Part shown: positions 48,595 to 62,318 of the stretch, piece after piece
How positions within the stretch are numbered: the stretch's first letter is position 1
Layout of the letters: each line of letters opens with the position of its first letter
Assembly: GCA_964247055.1 (NCBI GenBank)
Contig: OZ176052.1
Location: 2,790,001-2,854,000 of the forward strand
Direction: 5' to 3'
Length of the DNA stretch: 64,000 nt
Origin: Paragordius varius
Taxonomy: Eukaryota > Animalia > Nematomorpha
The notes under the pieces: generated by a model
Database searches by the model: none
Seen by the model: the letters and a program-made list of their open reading frames with translations, nothing else
What the model was told of the DNA's origin: nothing
Program-made: the position numbers and the translations under genes

Positions 48595-48760
48595 CAACAG
48601 CGTATAGCATAAACTATTATTAGTCCATAAAAGAATAAAAAAATGTGTTTTTTAAAAAAGCCTAGTTGTACATACACTTATCCATAATATCTCCTTGTTT
48701 TTAAAAAAAAGTATTTTTATTCTTATATGGACTAATATTGTTTTATGCCATACGCTACTG
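48595..48760. mobile_element. Small TA-target MITE with ~65-bp TIRs (CAGTAG.. end, Tc1/pogo-like)
   Basis: TA|CAACAGCGTATAGCATAAACTATTATTAGTCCATAAAAGAATAAAAA vs TTTTTATTCTTATATGGACTAATATTGTTTTATGCCATACGCTACTG|TA. Confidence 0.75.
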
Positions 48761-49784
48761 TATATAACATCTCAGAGTTTTGTGTTCCATTAAGATAATT
48801 AATTATGATTGATAAAAAAATGAGGACAATTGTCACATTGCATTTCACTCCTCTTCTTTATTGTGTGTGTGATTTGGAGAAAAGCATAAGAAATTTCTAG
48901 ATTTTATAAATGTGATAAAATAAATGAAATCATATTTTATTTGCCTAAAAATTATATAAATTAACTTATTGGTGGTAAAAGAAACCAAAAGTAGCGTAAA
49001 TTATAAATTATTGATGGTTTTTTATATGCAACAATTAGGATAATTAATTTTTTAGATTAAGTTAAAAAACTTTTAAAGGTACTCCTAACTCATAAAAAAT
49101 CATTTAGGGACATTTATATTAACTCTTGAAGAACTTTATATAGAACACCTTTATTATTTTATAGTAATTAATTAATTTTTAGTTACAAATCAGGTAGAAA
49201 TACAATTTTATTTGGATTCCAAATGAGGATAAGGGGTCTATTTATTTGTCCATTCATCATTTCTATAATCCTTTTTTTTCACATATCAGATCACACAAAT
49301 TTAATGCAGTTTAGTTTATATAGATCCCTGGAAGTAAAACAAATTCTCGATATGGAAGCAAGCATTTTTATCAATAACAATTTTTACAACATAAAATATA
49401 TAGATAGAGCTAAGTTATTTTAAGCTTCTACACACATTACATTAGAAAAATTATCGATTTTTTTGGTCACAAAATCCATCACATTTCATAAAAAACATTA
49501 TCACAAAGCACAGTTTTATACACTCTTTCTAACCAATAACCTAAAATAGATAGGAGAAAAAAAATAAATTTACAGAGATGCTTTGCACAAAATTACTCTA
49601 AAAATCATTTACATATATTGTAAAAAAACGATTTAAAACTCAAAGTTTAGACCTTATCATAAAACCCGCCGCTCATTTAATCCGTTAATGTCCACACACT
49701 ACGTAATATCCCATTAATTCCATCGTAAATTATCCAAATTCATATGTTTGATTTGATTTATACATTTATATTCCGCTCAAACAA

Positions 49785-49823
<39 letters not shown>

Positions 49824-52057
49824 TATACATTTGATTTTCAATTATTTGCAGATATGTTTTACAAATATAATTCGTTTTAGGATTCGCATGAACAATAAAA
49901 AAACTAGGGTTCTTCCACAATATAATATGAAAGATTAGTTGTATAATTAAATACAACACTTAACCTTACATAATCATCGGTCCAATTTTATGAGGCTTAA
50001 AAACTTATTTTTTTGCAATCTTATACGATATATATTTTTTTCCATTGATCATATATGATTATGAAAAATGCCCTAGACCTCACTGATTATTATGGATAAA
50101 TTGATGCTTGCAATTTAAATGCAAAGATATATTTATACCATTGAATACTTTAGTTTATGTTTATTGAGATCTTCATGGCAGATAAGGGGAAATCTGAATT
50201 GCTGCTGGGCAGGCGTCTAGATCCATCAAGAAAAAGTAGAAATGCAAAATTTTATTAAACGTTTTTATAATATATTCAATTTTAACGTTTTTATAACTTT
50301 TATGACTGAACACAAAAGGATACAGTTGATTGTTTAATAATTTCTATCAAAGTATTAAGGGTGTTCTTGGGACTAAAAACGATTCTTATGGGAATATAGG
50401 GGAATGGGATTGCTATATTATGCGTATATTTTATTAGGTTTTTTAGATTTGCTCTATAATTTTTTGGTTAATGTAAAGATATTTTTAAAGGTAGGTCGAA
50501 CCATATTATTTTGGGCAATATATAATGTTTCAATTTTTTAAAAAAATATCAAATAATAAATTTCACTATGTGCTAACCAAATATGGGGATGTTCACATGT
50601 TAATTTACATATGATACAATCGAAATTTCATATGTTTTTTCCATTATTTTTTGCGCGCATAAAGACTACCGCTTTAGTAATGTGTGTTTAAGAAAAATCT
50701 TGAATATATTTATTTTTTTGAAGATATTATAATAACAAAGTTTTAAGTTATGCATTATTCATAAAAGTCTAAGTTACCAGTAAAAGTGGAAAAGCTATTA
50801 AACAAATGCATCGTCTTAAATCCGTATATTCATTGGAAATTTGGATAAGATTTTCTGAACGCTGCTATTTAAAAATTTTCAGATAACTTGAAGAAATTAT
50901 ATTAAGAGCTATTGTCCCCCATTTGCAAAGTTGTTTATTTAATTGGAGTTTTTTAGTTTAAAAAGCTCTGATTTTTAACCACCAGTGATGGGTAGACGAC
51001 AGGCAAAAAACTCTTAAAAGCGATTTACAACTTCAGTTCTCTTATTTTAAGCCCTTAAATTTCCTTATTTCTTTTTTTGGTTATATTTACTGAAGGGAGG
51101 GGCAAATAGTTATTTATAACTATCAAAATTAATAATGGTGCGAATAAACTGCTTAAAAGGTATTTATATATATGTTACAGAATATAAGCTTTTTCATGCC
51201 ATCAAAAATGTATAATTATCTAAAAATAAAAGCTTAAATCGACAATCAATGTATTGGTGACATTTGCTAAAGCCATTGCCATAATTTATGTCAAATAACC
51301 GTAAGTGATATGAAAATTCATTTCAATTAGTTTTAGGACATAAAAACTCATTAGTTGGTCGAGTGAATAGGTTGCCCAACATGCAGATATGAGTAAATAG
51401 GTTTTAACACTAGATACCTAACTTTAATCAGTGTTTGCCCTGGGCAGGTAATATTAAAGCTTTATCCAATAAAGCTTAGCTTTTACAATTTAAATTTATT
51501 TATTCATAAATTTATACAGATGAGAGGGAGAGAGGAACACATTTTTTGTGACTTATTTTTATACAAGCATATTAGTAATTATAGTTCCTTTTCCATAGCT
51601 TAAAATATTTTATCAACTGAAACGTGAAGCGCTTATTTTATCGAAATCAATATTTTTCTACTAACTTACGTAATATAATACATTTTTTGTTAGTAATATT
51701 AATTCACCATGATAAGACTTATTAGATTTATAAAAGTAAAAGGAAGAACTGATTACATTTTTTCTTTTATTATCAGGTTTTATCTAAAAAATTGAATGTC
51801 ACTTTAAACTAAATCCTACCTCCCATTTTTTTCATTCTTTATATTTATTTATTTATTGAATGTGCCAAGAAAATAAAATATTATTTTCTATATATTTTAA
51901 TAAATCTGAACTTTTATCAAAAACGTTTTATTTATTACCCTATTAAAAATTAATTATCTTGAATAGATTTGTACTTGATATTTAAATTATGTCATTCTAA
52001 TACTTAAAACGTATATCATTTTGTAAAAAAAATATATTTTTATTATTATTATTATAG

Positions 52058-55000
52058 TTATCAACTAGTTATTTGCGAAAAAATTCATCCCTAAAATCTG
52101 ATGAAAACAATACAAGCAGCACAAATATCAAGCCACTGATAAAACATGGAAGAAATAGTTCCAATTATTGCAATATTACAGCGGGTAATTGCGAAAAACT
52201 AATAAAAGTCAACCAACTTAATCATTATTACAAAAATTGTGACAAATCCAATAATAAAAATAATGTAAATTCTAACAACAATGATGCAAATGAAATTAGA
52301 AATACCAAAAAAGATAAAAATGAGTTCTGCTTTGATGCCTTTTTCTTTAAGGCTCATAAATTTAAACATCGGAGCACCACCAATGTCCTGAAAGGACATG
52401 ATGATAGCCTTTGTATTATCCATAAAAACCACAATAAATGTAAAAATTATGGACATATTTTTTTCTGTCGTCAAAAGAAACAGCTAAATAAAAATAAAAA
52501 TTCTATCGGACTTGCTCGTAATACAAACAATATAGATGCGGACTCTCATTGGTTGACAAATACATGCAATCAAGCTACTCTCTGTGAAAACCAACGTAAA
52601 TTTTATTTATTTAATTGTGTATATAATATAAAAATTATTGATCACGCTAAATATTATGACAATTATTTATAATTTTCTAGATGATTCAAACCTCACAGAT
52701 AATTGCAATCCTGTTCATGGTTACTTTGATGTTAACTCTCATAATTCCACCAAACCAATCATTGAAACAAATTGTGCCAATGTCTCAAACAGCACTGTTA
52801 GACCAAAGAAATTAAGTTTAAAACGGTCGTTAACTGATTCCTGTATTAAACCAAGTTCCTCCCCACCTTTGACTTCAAGTTTTGACGATAGAACTTGTGT
52901 AACATACATTAGTCCATCTTTAGATAATACCGTCAACAATAATCCTACTTATGACCTGTTATATAAACAGGATACGGAATACGGATCTAATAGAAATGAA
53001 CGCGAAACATTTCAAAATAAATCATTATCATTACCCAGGGGTATCAATGCTTCAAAATCCACAAAATCTTTAGGTTTCGGTTTTCTTACCCACATATTAT
53101 CTACATCATCAACAGCCAATTCTCGATCAATTAAGCCTTCGCGTATTCCTCTATCTGCGATTCAAGAAAGTGTTACAGCACATAGTGATTTAAGCCCGGA
53201 GATAGAAAATGCTAATCAAAATTACAATTATCCACAATATGATAAATATGATGATTCCCATGATATAATTGTTAGACCTTACAAACCTTCTCCCACACAA
53301 GATAACATAAATTTTATAAATTACAACAATAATTATTCCATAGAACCCACAGAAGGTGCTTATAATTTAACTAATAACTCTGATTCACATAATGATACAA
53401 TTTTTGAATCATACCTCCCAATCGTAACTTCATTAGGGGAGACAGTTGAAGACAGTTCCAATACCTATCCCCTTTTTGTAGCGCAATCAGATACTTATTT
53501 AATTACAAACGGTTTAGGCATGTCTAAAAGTAATACCGTTAAAAATACTTCACCCGCTGTTAATGTCAATAATAGAATCGCTGGAAAAAGCGACGATATA
53601 TCCCTAATTAGTTATGCACATGGAACCGGAAAAGATGCTTTGTATTCTCAACCCCACTCAGACAAGAAAGGGAGCTCAAGAGATTCTAGCAGCACTCATA
53701 ACAACGATAAAATGTTCACAAAAGTCATACCAGATGTGACAGGACAAAATAATAATAGTGATGTAAAAACGACCATTTTTAACGTGGCACTCAATGTGCC
53801 AGGGACCCTATCTCAGCACATCTTCAAACAAATCCAACGTGCTGACGATGATGCGAGTGTCCAATCATTGTTGGAACGTGTAGAAAAAACGGGTGAAATG
53901 AGTATTAGAAGACTAATGCTCCCAAACTCGAGTCATAATTCAAATGATTTGAACAATGAAAAGGGTCCAAAATATGCAACAACCTCGACATCGACCAAAT
54001 TTGGGACCATATCTACAACTAGCCTTAGCAAATTTATAAATAGCGTTGAGAATAAACCTTCTATGCAGTATAGGAATACGACATCCATAAGTGACATAAC
54101 AGATGGTACAAGTCATAATTATAAATCACCACAACCGGAAAAGAAATTATCCATTACAAATTTATTTTTCAAGAAAAAGCGGAGTCTAAGTTCCAACATG
54201 GACCCAGAAAAAATGGGAGATTACGAATATTTATCGACCAAAAATAAATCTACCCAATCTATCCTCCCAAAAACGCATCCATCATCTTCATCTAACAAAA
54301 GCATTTCACAAAATAATGACACCCAAGATTATCATTATATGATTAATTCAGCGTATGCTTCTTCTTCAAACAATTCCAACACAAAACCAGTAGGACGCAG
54401 CCATTCAGACGTACAAAATCACCCGGTCAATAAAAGTTATGTTCAGGTAATTGAAATTATAAAGCGGCCTGGTCAAACCCTTGGTCTCTACATACGGTAA
54501 AAGAATTTTACATATTGACTTCGGCTATTTTGAATAAATTATTTGTAGGGAACCAATTTTTGCATTTTAACTGCGCGTTAGATGATTTTTTTCCTATAAA
54601 TTTACGTATTTTATACATAAAAATATGGTCACCGATTGATTTTCTTGTGAAAACAAGTTTTTTAAATCATTAAACGGTTAAGCATTGAATAAACAGCTAT
54701 ATTAATATGTTTAATTTAGGGAAGGTGATGGGTTTTCCAAAACTAATGGAGTATATATATCACGTATGGCACAAGGCTCCAGTATTGAACGCAGTAATCT
54801 CCTTAAGATTGGAGATGAAATTTTGAAGGTAAATGGAGTAGATGTCACAAATATGGGTTTAGATGATGTCGTAGTTATCATGTCTATACCTCGACGCTTG
54901 ATTCTAGAAATTAAAACGACGGAAAAGGCAAACAGGGACGATTTGCAGTTCATACCTAATAATAACGTAACGAATCTCCCATCATTTCTACACAATATTA

Positions 55001-58000
55001 ATAGTAATGATAAACAACAAAATCCCTTACAACAATCTCAAACCCAAAGTAAAAAGGACAAGGATGAATTAATGTATGACAGGACAAACAAGTATAAAAA
55101 CAACAGTATTATCCAGCAAAATTACACAAATGGTAATTGCGAATCATCCTATTATTCCAATAAATCCGGCATTATTCCAAGGTGCGCATCTCCTAACATT
55201 GGAACCACAAGTTTCGTTTACGGCGAAGATGACAATGTTAAACTGACGGATCATAACATTAGACAGCAAATGACAAACTTGAATCTCATGAATTCTGAGG
55301 TTTGTTTTTACCATAATTGTTTTTAAACCAGTATAAATTGATGAATTTATATGCTAATTAACATGCACTTATTAATTTATAAATTAAATTGCAATATAAA
55401 ATAATTATTTTTTTAACACTTTGATTCAAATTGCGGTATAATATTCCAGACAATATTTAAGTTGATATTTTTTAAAAATTGCTGAAAGAAATGATCTTAA
55501 TTTATATTATGCTTCTATCCTAATAAAAATTATATAAAAGGCAAAAAAATATGTAAATAAAACATAGTTTTGAGAAAAAAGCTCCATATCAATTACTTCA
55601 AGCTATTTTTATTTTATAACTTTTTTCCGAAATTTCGTTTTATTTTTATTTAAATCACATCTTACATTAAACACTTCAATTCAAATTGGGGTTTCTAAAT
55701 ACCCCAGTTTGAATTAGGATTTTTAAAAAACTACTGGAAACGGTCCCAATTTAAATTTATGCTTCTATCTTAATAAAAATTATATAAATATGCCAAAACA
55801 AATAAAATTATGTTTTGGAAAAAAAGTTCCATGTCAAACTACTTCGACGCCATTTTTATTTTACAAAATTTTTCAAAATATCGTCCTCATTTAACTTTAA
55901 GGGTAAATTAAAGCTAATTTTTTAAAATTACATCTAACATTGATAGAAATAGAAAAAGCGGTTTATTTTGTATTAATTTTCGATTTCACCATTGCATACA
56001 TGTCAGGTTGACTAAATTTCTACCTTTCGGTTTTAGCTTAAAATAAATAATATCAAGTATTTTTGAATAATTTTTTTTATATATTTCGTTTTATTTATGT
56101 TATTGGGTGCAAAAATTTACCATGGTTTTGATTTCTTCCATATTTTTAAAAAATTTAATTTTAAACAGGCCTGGGGTATTTAACTACCCCAATTTGAATC
56201 GAAGGACTAAAATGAATGTGTTGGATCCAAGTGTTAATAGAAAAAGTGGTATATTTTCTATTATTTGTAAATACAGCTAATGAACACATGTCATGATTTT
56301 TACCTTATCTATGTATGTATTGCGTGGTCGACTTTTTGCATTGTTATAAAACTTCTCCATAGATTGCGATTTTTAGTTTTAATGGTGAGTTCTGCCAAGG
56401 TTGCATTGGTTTCTTTTAAAATATTATCCAACCATCTATCCCTCTTTGGCCCCTTTTACGGTACTACTAACTTTGTCCAACATCAAGGACTTTTTCAGTC
56501 AGTTAGATCTCATCATGTGGCCAACGCAGGATAGTTTGGTGCGAAGACACATCGGAATTGATTCATTTAAAATTGTGTTGTTAGTTATTTTGTCCGTCAA
56601 TTTTATTTGCACGAGTTTTCCACATCCAGATAAGTAATATCAGTAAGTATGATCCAGTATTTTTAGATGAATTTTTTATATTTCATTTCATTAATGTTAT
56701 AAAAGTGCATTTTGCCATGGTTTCAATTCATTCCATATTTTTAGTATTAATTAAACAGGCCTTACATAATTGAAATCATATAAAATGTCGATGAAACCAT
56801 AATATATAAAGGGATAATATATTATTAAAAATACAATATATAACTTTATAAAAATTAACTACAGATGGAAGATTACAGATTGTGGCCAAGGTTAACAACA
56901 GCTCAAACTGCAAGTGTTCACTTCCCACCTAGACAATGCATGCCTTCCCACGAAGATTTCGTATACGATTCGGGAGATTTTCTCCTTCAGGATAAGAGCC
57001 GTTCTCAACCTTTTGCTCGGAATGTCAAAACTAATAACGTCTCCACTAGTAATCCAACCTCTTCAAATGATAATTGTGAATATTTGTTTTACAATTCACA
57101 AAAGGGAGGGATTTCTGTCAATAACACAGATACCAATACTAATACTGCAAGAGAAGATTCTGTTATTGACAACACATTGTTAAGGTTATCGTTAAAAGAT
57201 GACGAATCTTATTACTCACTTTCAAGAACCACTACCCCCAGAAATCCCAACATCCACCATCTTTATAGGAGAGATCAGACTCAAAAAGATCAACCTAATG
57301 GATATTTTGTGAAAGATTCTTCTCGAGATGATTCTCAACCTTACATGTATGTGATTAATCAAAAGGTTAAAGGGGTTACAGGGGATCGGTTTGACGAAGC
57401 TCAAAGTATTTATAATGCCAATATTAACACAAGAACTTTAGCAGGTCCCTCTAACATGATGGTTAAACAGGATGGATATTATTGCTATTATGTGCCAGAT
57501 ATCGAAAGTTATCAAAGTAAAAAAGGTGTGAGTACTGAGCAAAGACCCTCCAACATAATCTATGAGAGTTATTCAACACCAAGTAATGCGATGAAAAGGG
57601 ATGATCGCGGAAATATACCGAGACTTGAAAAAATTCAAGAAAATAGTCCATACAACGAAGAAATGATAAGAGTTACTTTAGCCAATCAAGATACCCCTCA
57701 ATCATTTTACACGTTACCAAGGCATGCGGCGCCTCATCGCGAAGCTATGGTGCCAAACACAAGCACAAACGCAGATTATTCCGAAAATTATGGGTGGTTA
57801 AAAATGGATCAATCACAAAAATTGGCACAATACGGGACAGTTTATAAACCTTTAGGAGAATATGCTAGAGGGGACCTACCCTTAGATATAAAAATGAGTA
57901 CAGGTCCATCCTCTAATAATTTAAAGTATATTCGTGCAAATTCACACAAAAATTCGTACGGTCCACAGCACCAAAATATACAACAAAAACCTCTTACTAC

Positions 58001-61000
58001 AATCACAAAAGATAGGCATTTCACGGTAGATGGGGCTGCTAAATCTATTAGAATGAATCAACATATACATGAAGCCGGGTATGTGTCGGATGGAATCCGA
58101 AACACTGATGCTGAAATGCGTTCTAATGGGCAAATCTTTTATTTAAGTAAAAAAGGACCACCTGCCTATGTGGGAGCAACTCATGAATCACAGCACTATG
58201 AAAGCATGTTATCTGGGACACCAATTACATTTTTATCTTCCAACGGGTCCGGTATTAATAGTAAAAACCATATTCATAATCATAATAATAATAACACAGG
58301 CTTATATGAGGAGGATGTTTTTTACACTAAACCATTACATCACGTAGATCCCATTCAACGCGAAAACTCAAGTAGAAACCAATTATCATATCTTACAGTG
58401 TCAGATAGTGAGGCAACGCTTGCAACATATGCCACAGATAAACATATAAGGGATGACAGGGAAGAACATACAACAATTGGTAAAGGACCTGCAAAATATA
58501 TCCTTGTTAAAAATAGGGCTTTGATCGACGATTCTAATAAATCTCTCATTTATCGCCCAATAGTATACCATCAAAATAGCAGCGGTGAGCAAAAACCGTT
58601 TTATATTAGAAAGATTTCAGCTCCCCAACCTAAAACGTCTTCGTTTCAATACGTAGCCATTTCTGGTCGGAAGCCACCACATGATCAACAAATTTTCTAT
58701 TATTCCCCTACTCGAAAAAGATTGTATAGAGCAACCACGTTAGATTCATCTCATATACTTAAACCCATATCAATTGAAAACACCCCTAATCCAAATTTAA
58801 ATAATAAACCATTTACCAATCCTAATAATTATGAATTTTATACTGCAAATCACACCAACAACAATATTAACCATGACAATAAAAATAATCAAATCAATAC
58901 AAACATTAATACAACCTATGAATCTCAGTATCAATCACAATCTCGTAATCTAGACTCCAAAATATATGATAGTTATGTTTATGATTCTTTACCCTTTCAA
59001 AAAGCAATGCCATCTAATTCACTCAACCACTATCCGAATAATAATAAGTTTCATGAGATAAATGGACCTAATAGCGATATTTTACCATTAATTAAGAGAG
59101 AAATGTCGACGACCTTAAACGATCATATTGACACCGATTTGCATTATCAGCAGGGCGGTTATGAAAGTGAACCGTTCTATCAAAGTTCTGTTGCAAGGGA
59201 TAGATTAGGCAGAAAAATACCCAAATATAATCCAACAGCAATGATGACTGAAGTAAAAAATTTTGTTTGCTTCTAGAGTTTCATTAAACATTAGAATATT
59301 TTTTTATAATATTCTATCTTGTTGATATTTTTACCTTATAAATTTTTACTCGTAGATTATGAATACAAACGCAAGGAATACGCCAAATCTTGGTAAAATA
59401 TATCATCTTTGTGCATTATTTAATAAATTTGGACAATTGTTTTGCTCCTTTTTTGACAAAAATTGTAATACATTAGAGCCGTTTAGTTTATTTATTCGAA
59501 ATTCCAGGGGTAAAATATAAGAAATTTCTTTCGTTAAATTTAAATTGGTCGTAACTAATGATATACTGAGAAGAAAGGTAATAAATTTAAGTTATAACTG
59601 TTTTTCTTAGCTTGTAGTTTTGAAAGACAAGAGATGTTAATGCTTGATTTACGCCGCTTTTAATCTAATTTTAAAATCTTCGACCTATATAACAGTTTTG
59701 CGGCTTAAAGTGAGATAAATTAAAGAAGAGTAATATATATACTTTAGGGATGGATGTTAGTAATTTCATGTATGACCGTGACTTTGACCATTAAAATAAC
59801 CAGTAAAAAATTTTTGCACGCATGTTTATCATATGTTTAGAAAATTCCACTTTAAATTTAAAAAATTGTTTATTTATATTTTTTATCAGAATATTTATTT
59901 GTTTGTCATTTAATAATAGTATTACCACTAATTGAATTTTGTTTTTAATTTAAAACTTTAAGATAATTTTGGTAATAGATTGGTTATTTCCATGATTAAA
60001 GGCAATCATATCAGTTAAACCGGTTAATATTTTATGACCGGGCAAAAACACAACCCTAATTAAAATTATTTAATTTACATTGAAAAATCGCTTTTTCATT
60101 ACCGAACTTAAAAATTTCTTCCTTTTTTGATATATTTGCTGTAAAAATTTTTTATTACATAATATAATTTTTTAATATACAGGTCGAAAAGTGCATTATG
60201 AACATGAAGGTATGCATAGATTACATTTTATATTTGTAGCAAAATAAAATATAAAATTTAATATCCAATGGTTGTTATTATACACATAAGATTTGTAAAA
60301 ATTTAGAAATGAGGTTGTCTAGCATATTATAGTTTTCACCAAAATTTAACAATAATGACACCTCTTAATTTTGACAGTTTTAATTGGTGAAAAATAAATT
60401 TTCATTAGACTCAAGGTCATAAATACCGTATATATTGTTGATGCCTAGTAATAAATTTATTATAAACAACAGGTGACTCTCGAACGGCGGAACCATTCTT
60501 AATCAATCAAACTAAATCGTTTGACAATCTTGATCTCATAAATTATGTGGAATGGGATTGGGAAAGTGAAAATGCAAAAGTACTTCAAAACGATGTGGAT
60601 GCAGTTGAAAAAGATAACAGTCAACCACTGCATTTAAATGGTTTAACTGGTTTGATTGATATTCATTTGTGTGCATGTGAACAGCTTGGGATCTCAAATC
60701 TGGCAAATATGCCGTGTCCTTCTGGTATTCTTGAATCAGCGCCCAATAATACGGGAATAGAAAGTGATATACATGAATCATCTCGACAAAATGTAACAAT
60801 TACAAACTCTTGCATTTATATCATACTTGAGGTGGATAAGTGCATTAAGGCACGCACTTGTGCTAAACCCTTACTTATTTATCGTGAACGTTCTAACAAT
60901 CTCTCTAATAACACGGAACCGGGAGATAATACAAATTCATCGAAAACAACAACAGTTCATTTTTCCACTTGTCCTGTGGCATGGGACGAAACATTTTCCC

Positions 61001-62318
61001 TTGACATTTTGTGTGCTAAACATTTAGACATTTTCGTCTACCAATTAGATGTGCCTAACCCATCATCAGCCAACAACCTTCCACAAACAGAGAGGTCTGG
61101 TTTGCAGAGTTTACCGCATGCCGATAATGGCGTTACCACCACAAATGCCATTGTGCCCAAACTGGCTTATAAGGCGTCCCTTAACCTTGCATCTTTGTTT
61201 GATACGACCGGTGTCGCAATTTGTTCAACAACCTCAATGGAATCATCAAATGTTTCAGCCACTGCAGTCCAACAACAGCAAATGCAAATTACCCCAACTA
61301 TTGTACATAATAGATTGTTAAAATTAAAACTTCTACCTCAGGGCTATCTTTATTGTGGATTGACTTACAAATCACCTCAAGAAATTTTTCGCCGTGCCCT
61401 AACTTCCCACAACTTGTTTGGTGTAGAATTAAACAAGTTGATTGAAAATAAACGTTATTCCAAAGATCCGCCCATAGTTGATCTTATGCTGATTGTCATT
61501 CCGGAGATCGAAAAAAGAGGTGGACTTACTTCAGTTGCTATATACGACTTATGCAGTTGTTTGCGGGAGAAGGATTTGGTCCGAAATATTATGGAAAAGG
61601 ATTTGTATGGAACAAATTTTACTGAACAAGGCGTGCCTGATATAAATATATTAGCGGGTATGATTTGAATTCCAAATTATGAATGTGTTTATTTTTGTCA
61701 TTGGTTAAGATTAATCCAATTTTTTTACTCAGATCCTATAATATAGTAACAAAAACAAATTCGTTAGCATTGCAATTTATAAAATGAAGTTTAGGGAAAA
61801 AATATATTTGCTTTCATAGATATTATCAAAGATTTTTTGAGGGAGTTACCAGAACCACTCTTATCCGGTACCATATATCAAACCCTAATCGATTATGTCA
61901 ATATAAATGAATCCAATGTGGACGTGGCTACATTGGAACAAAATGCAACAATCAAAAGTATTATTAAAGAGATGCCATCTTCCACCAAGGTAAGCCTTGA
62001 AAAATATGTTTCCCAAATTTATTTTACAGCAGAGCATGTTTAATTTTTGAAAACGCAAGAAATATTACATAATTTATTCACTACTAACTTATTTAAATAT
62101 GCATACAGGCTAATGTCAAATATCTCATTGACCATCTAAGAAAAATCTTAACGCACAGCAACGCAAATAAAATGGATATCGATAATTTAGCCAAAGTGTT
62201 TGGTCCTTTACTTTTGCTCCCTTCTAGCCAATCTATCAACCCAAATCCACATCAAGCCTATCTTATCTTTAAGCATTTGTTTCAATCATGGGACTCTTAC
62301 TTTGAAACACTACCCTAA
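52058..62318 (+). CDS. syd-1: SYD-1/RhoGAP100F-type PDZ-C2-RhoGAP active-zone protein, 5'-incomplete; exons 52058-52595, 52681-54496, 54720-55299, 56865-59252, 59356-59392, 60183-60209, 60473-61657, 61820-61989, 62109-62318; at least 2316 aa
   Basis: PDZ: VIEIIKRPGQTLGLYIR|EGDG...IGDEILKVNGVDVTNMGLDDVVVIMSIPRRLIL. C2: LTGLIDIHL...EVDKCIKART...WDETFSLD...KLAYKA. RhoGAP: LFGVEL...IEKRG...DINILADIIKDFLRELPEPL...NKMDIDNLAKVFGPLL. All junctions are GT-AG and in phase. Confidence 0.92.
55672..56233 (+). mobile_element. Young family A MITE nested in an older copy in the same orientation
   Basis: TAAA|CACTTCAATTCAAATTGGGGTTTCTAAATACCCCAG ... CTGGGGTATTTAACTACCCCAATTTGAATCGAAGGACTAAAATGAATGTGTTGGATCCAAGTG|TTAA. 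Confidence 0.9.
56299..56640 (-). mobile_element. Frameshifted RTE/BovB-like LINE 3' fragment
   Basis: Minus-strand translation LTDKITNNTIL...KLSCVGHMMRSN*LKKSLMLDKV...(frameshift) RWLDNILKETNATLAELTIKTKNRNLWRSFI, followed by a short TACA/ATAG-type tail. Confidence 0.8.
59745..60058. mobile_element. Possible hAT-type MITE
   Basis: TAGGGATG at the left and CAACCCTA at the right; contains the GTGACC/GTGACT repeat seen at 15910. No TSD match. Confidence 0.35.

Larger units (their letters stand above)
55417..56760 (+). mobile_element. Older family A MITE (pieces 55417-55670, 56238-56298, ~56640-56760) hosting two later insertions
   Basis: TTAA|CACTTTGATTCAAATTGCGGTA at 55413. The family sequence resumes after 56237 and again after the LINE fragment, ending ..TTAAACAGGCC. 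Confidence 0.75.

Noticed and set aside
50175-50235. GC-richer mini-ORF MADKGKSELLLGRRLDPSRK as the first exon of syd-1
   Set aside because: Its only donor (A|GTAGAA) is phase 1, while the acceptors at 52058 and 52069 are phases 0 and 2, and no convincing linking exon was found. Not excluded as an alternative start.
9726-56640. All three protein-coding TE remnants in introns (hAT, two RTEs) are antisense to their host genes
   Set aside because: Three cases are too few to distinguish from chance (1 in 8).
56914-58592. Several short alternative-frame and antisense ORFs inside the large syd-1 exon (also 52199-52474, 52739-52939, 54711-54995, 60536-61321)
   Set aside because: Expected shadows of a long coding exon; no independent splice structure or domain.
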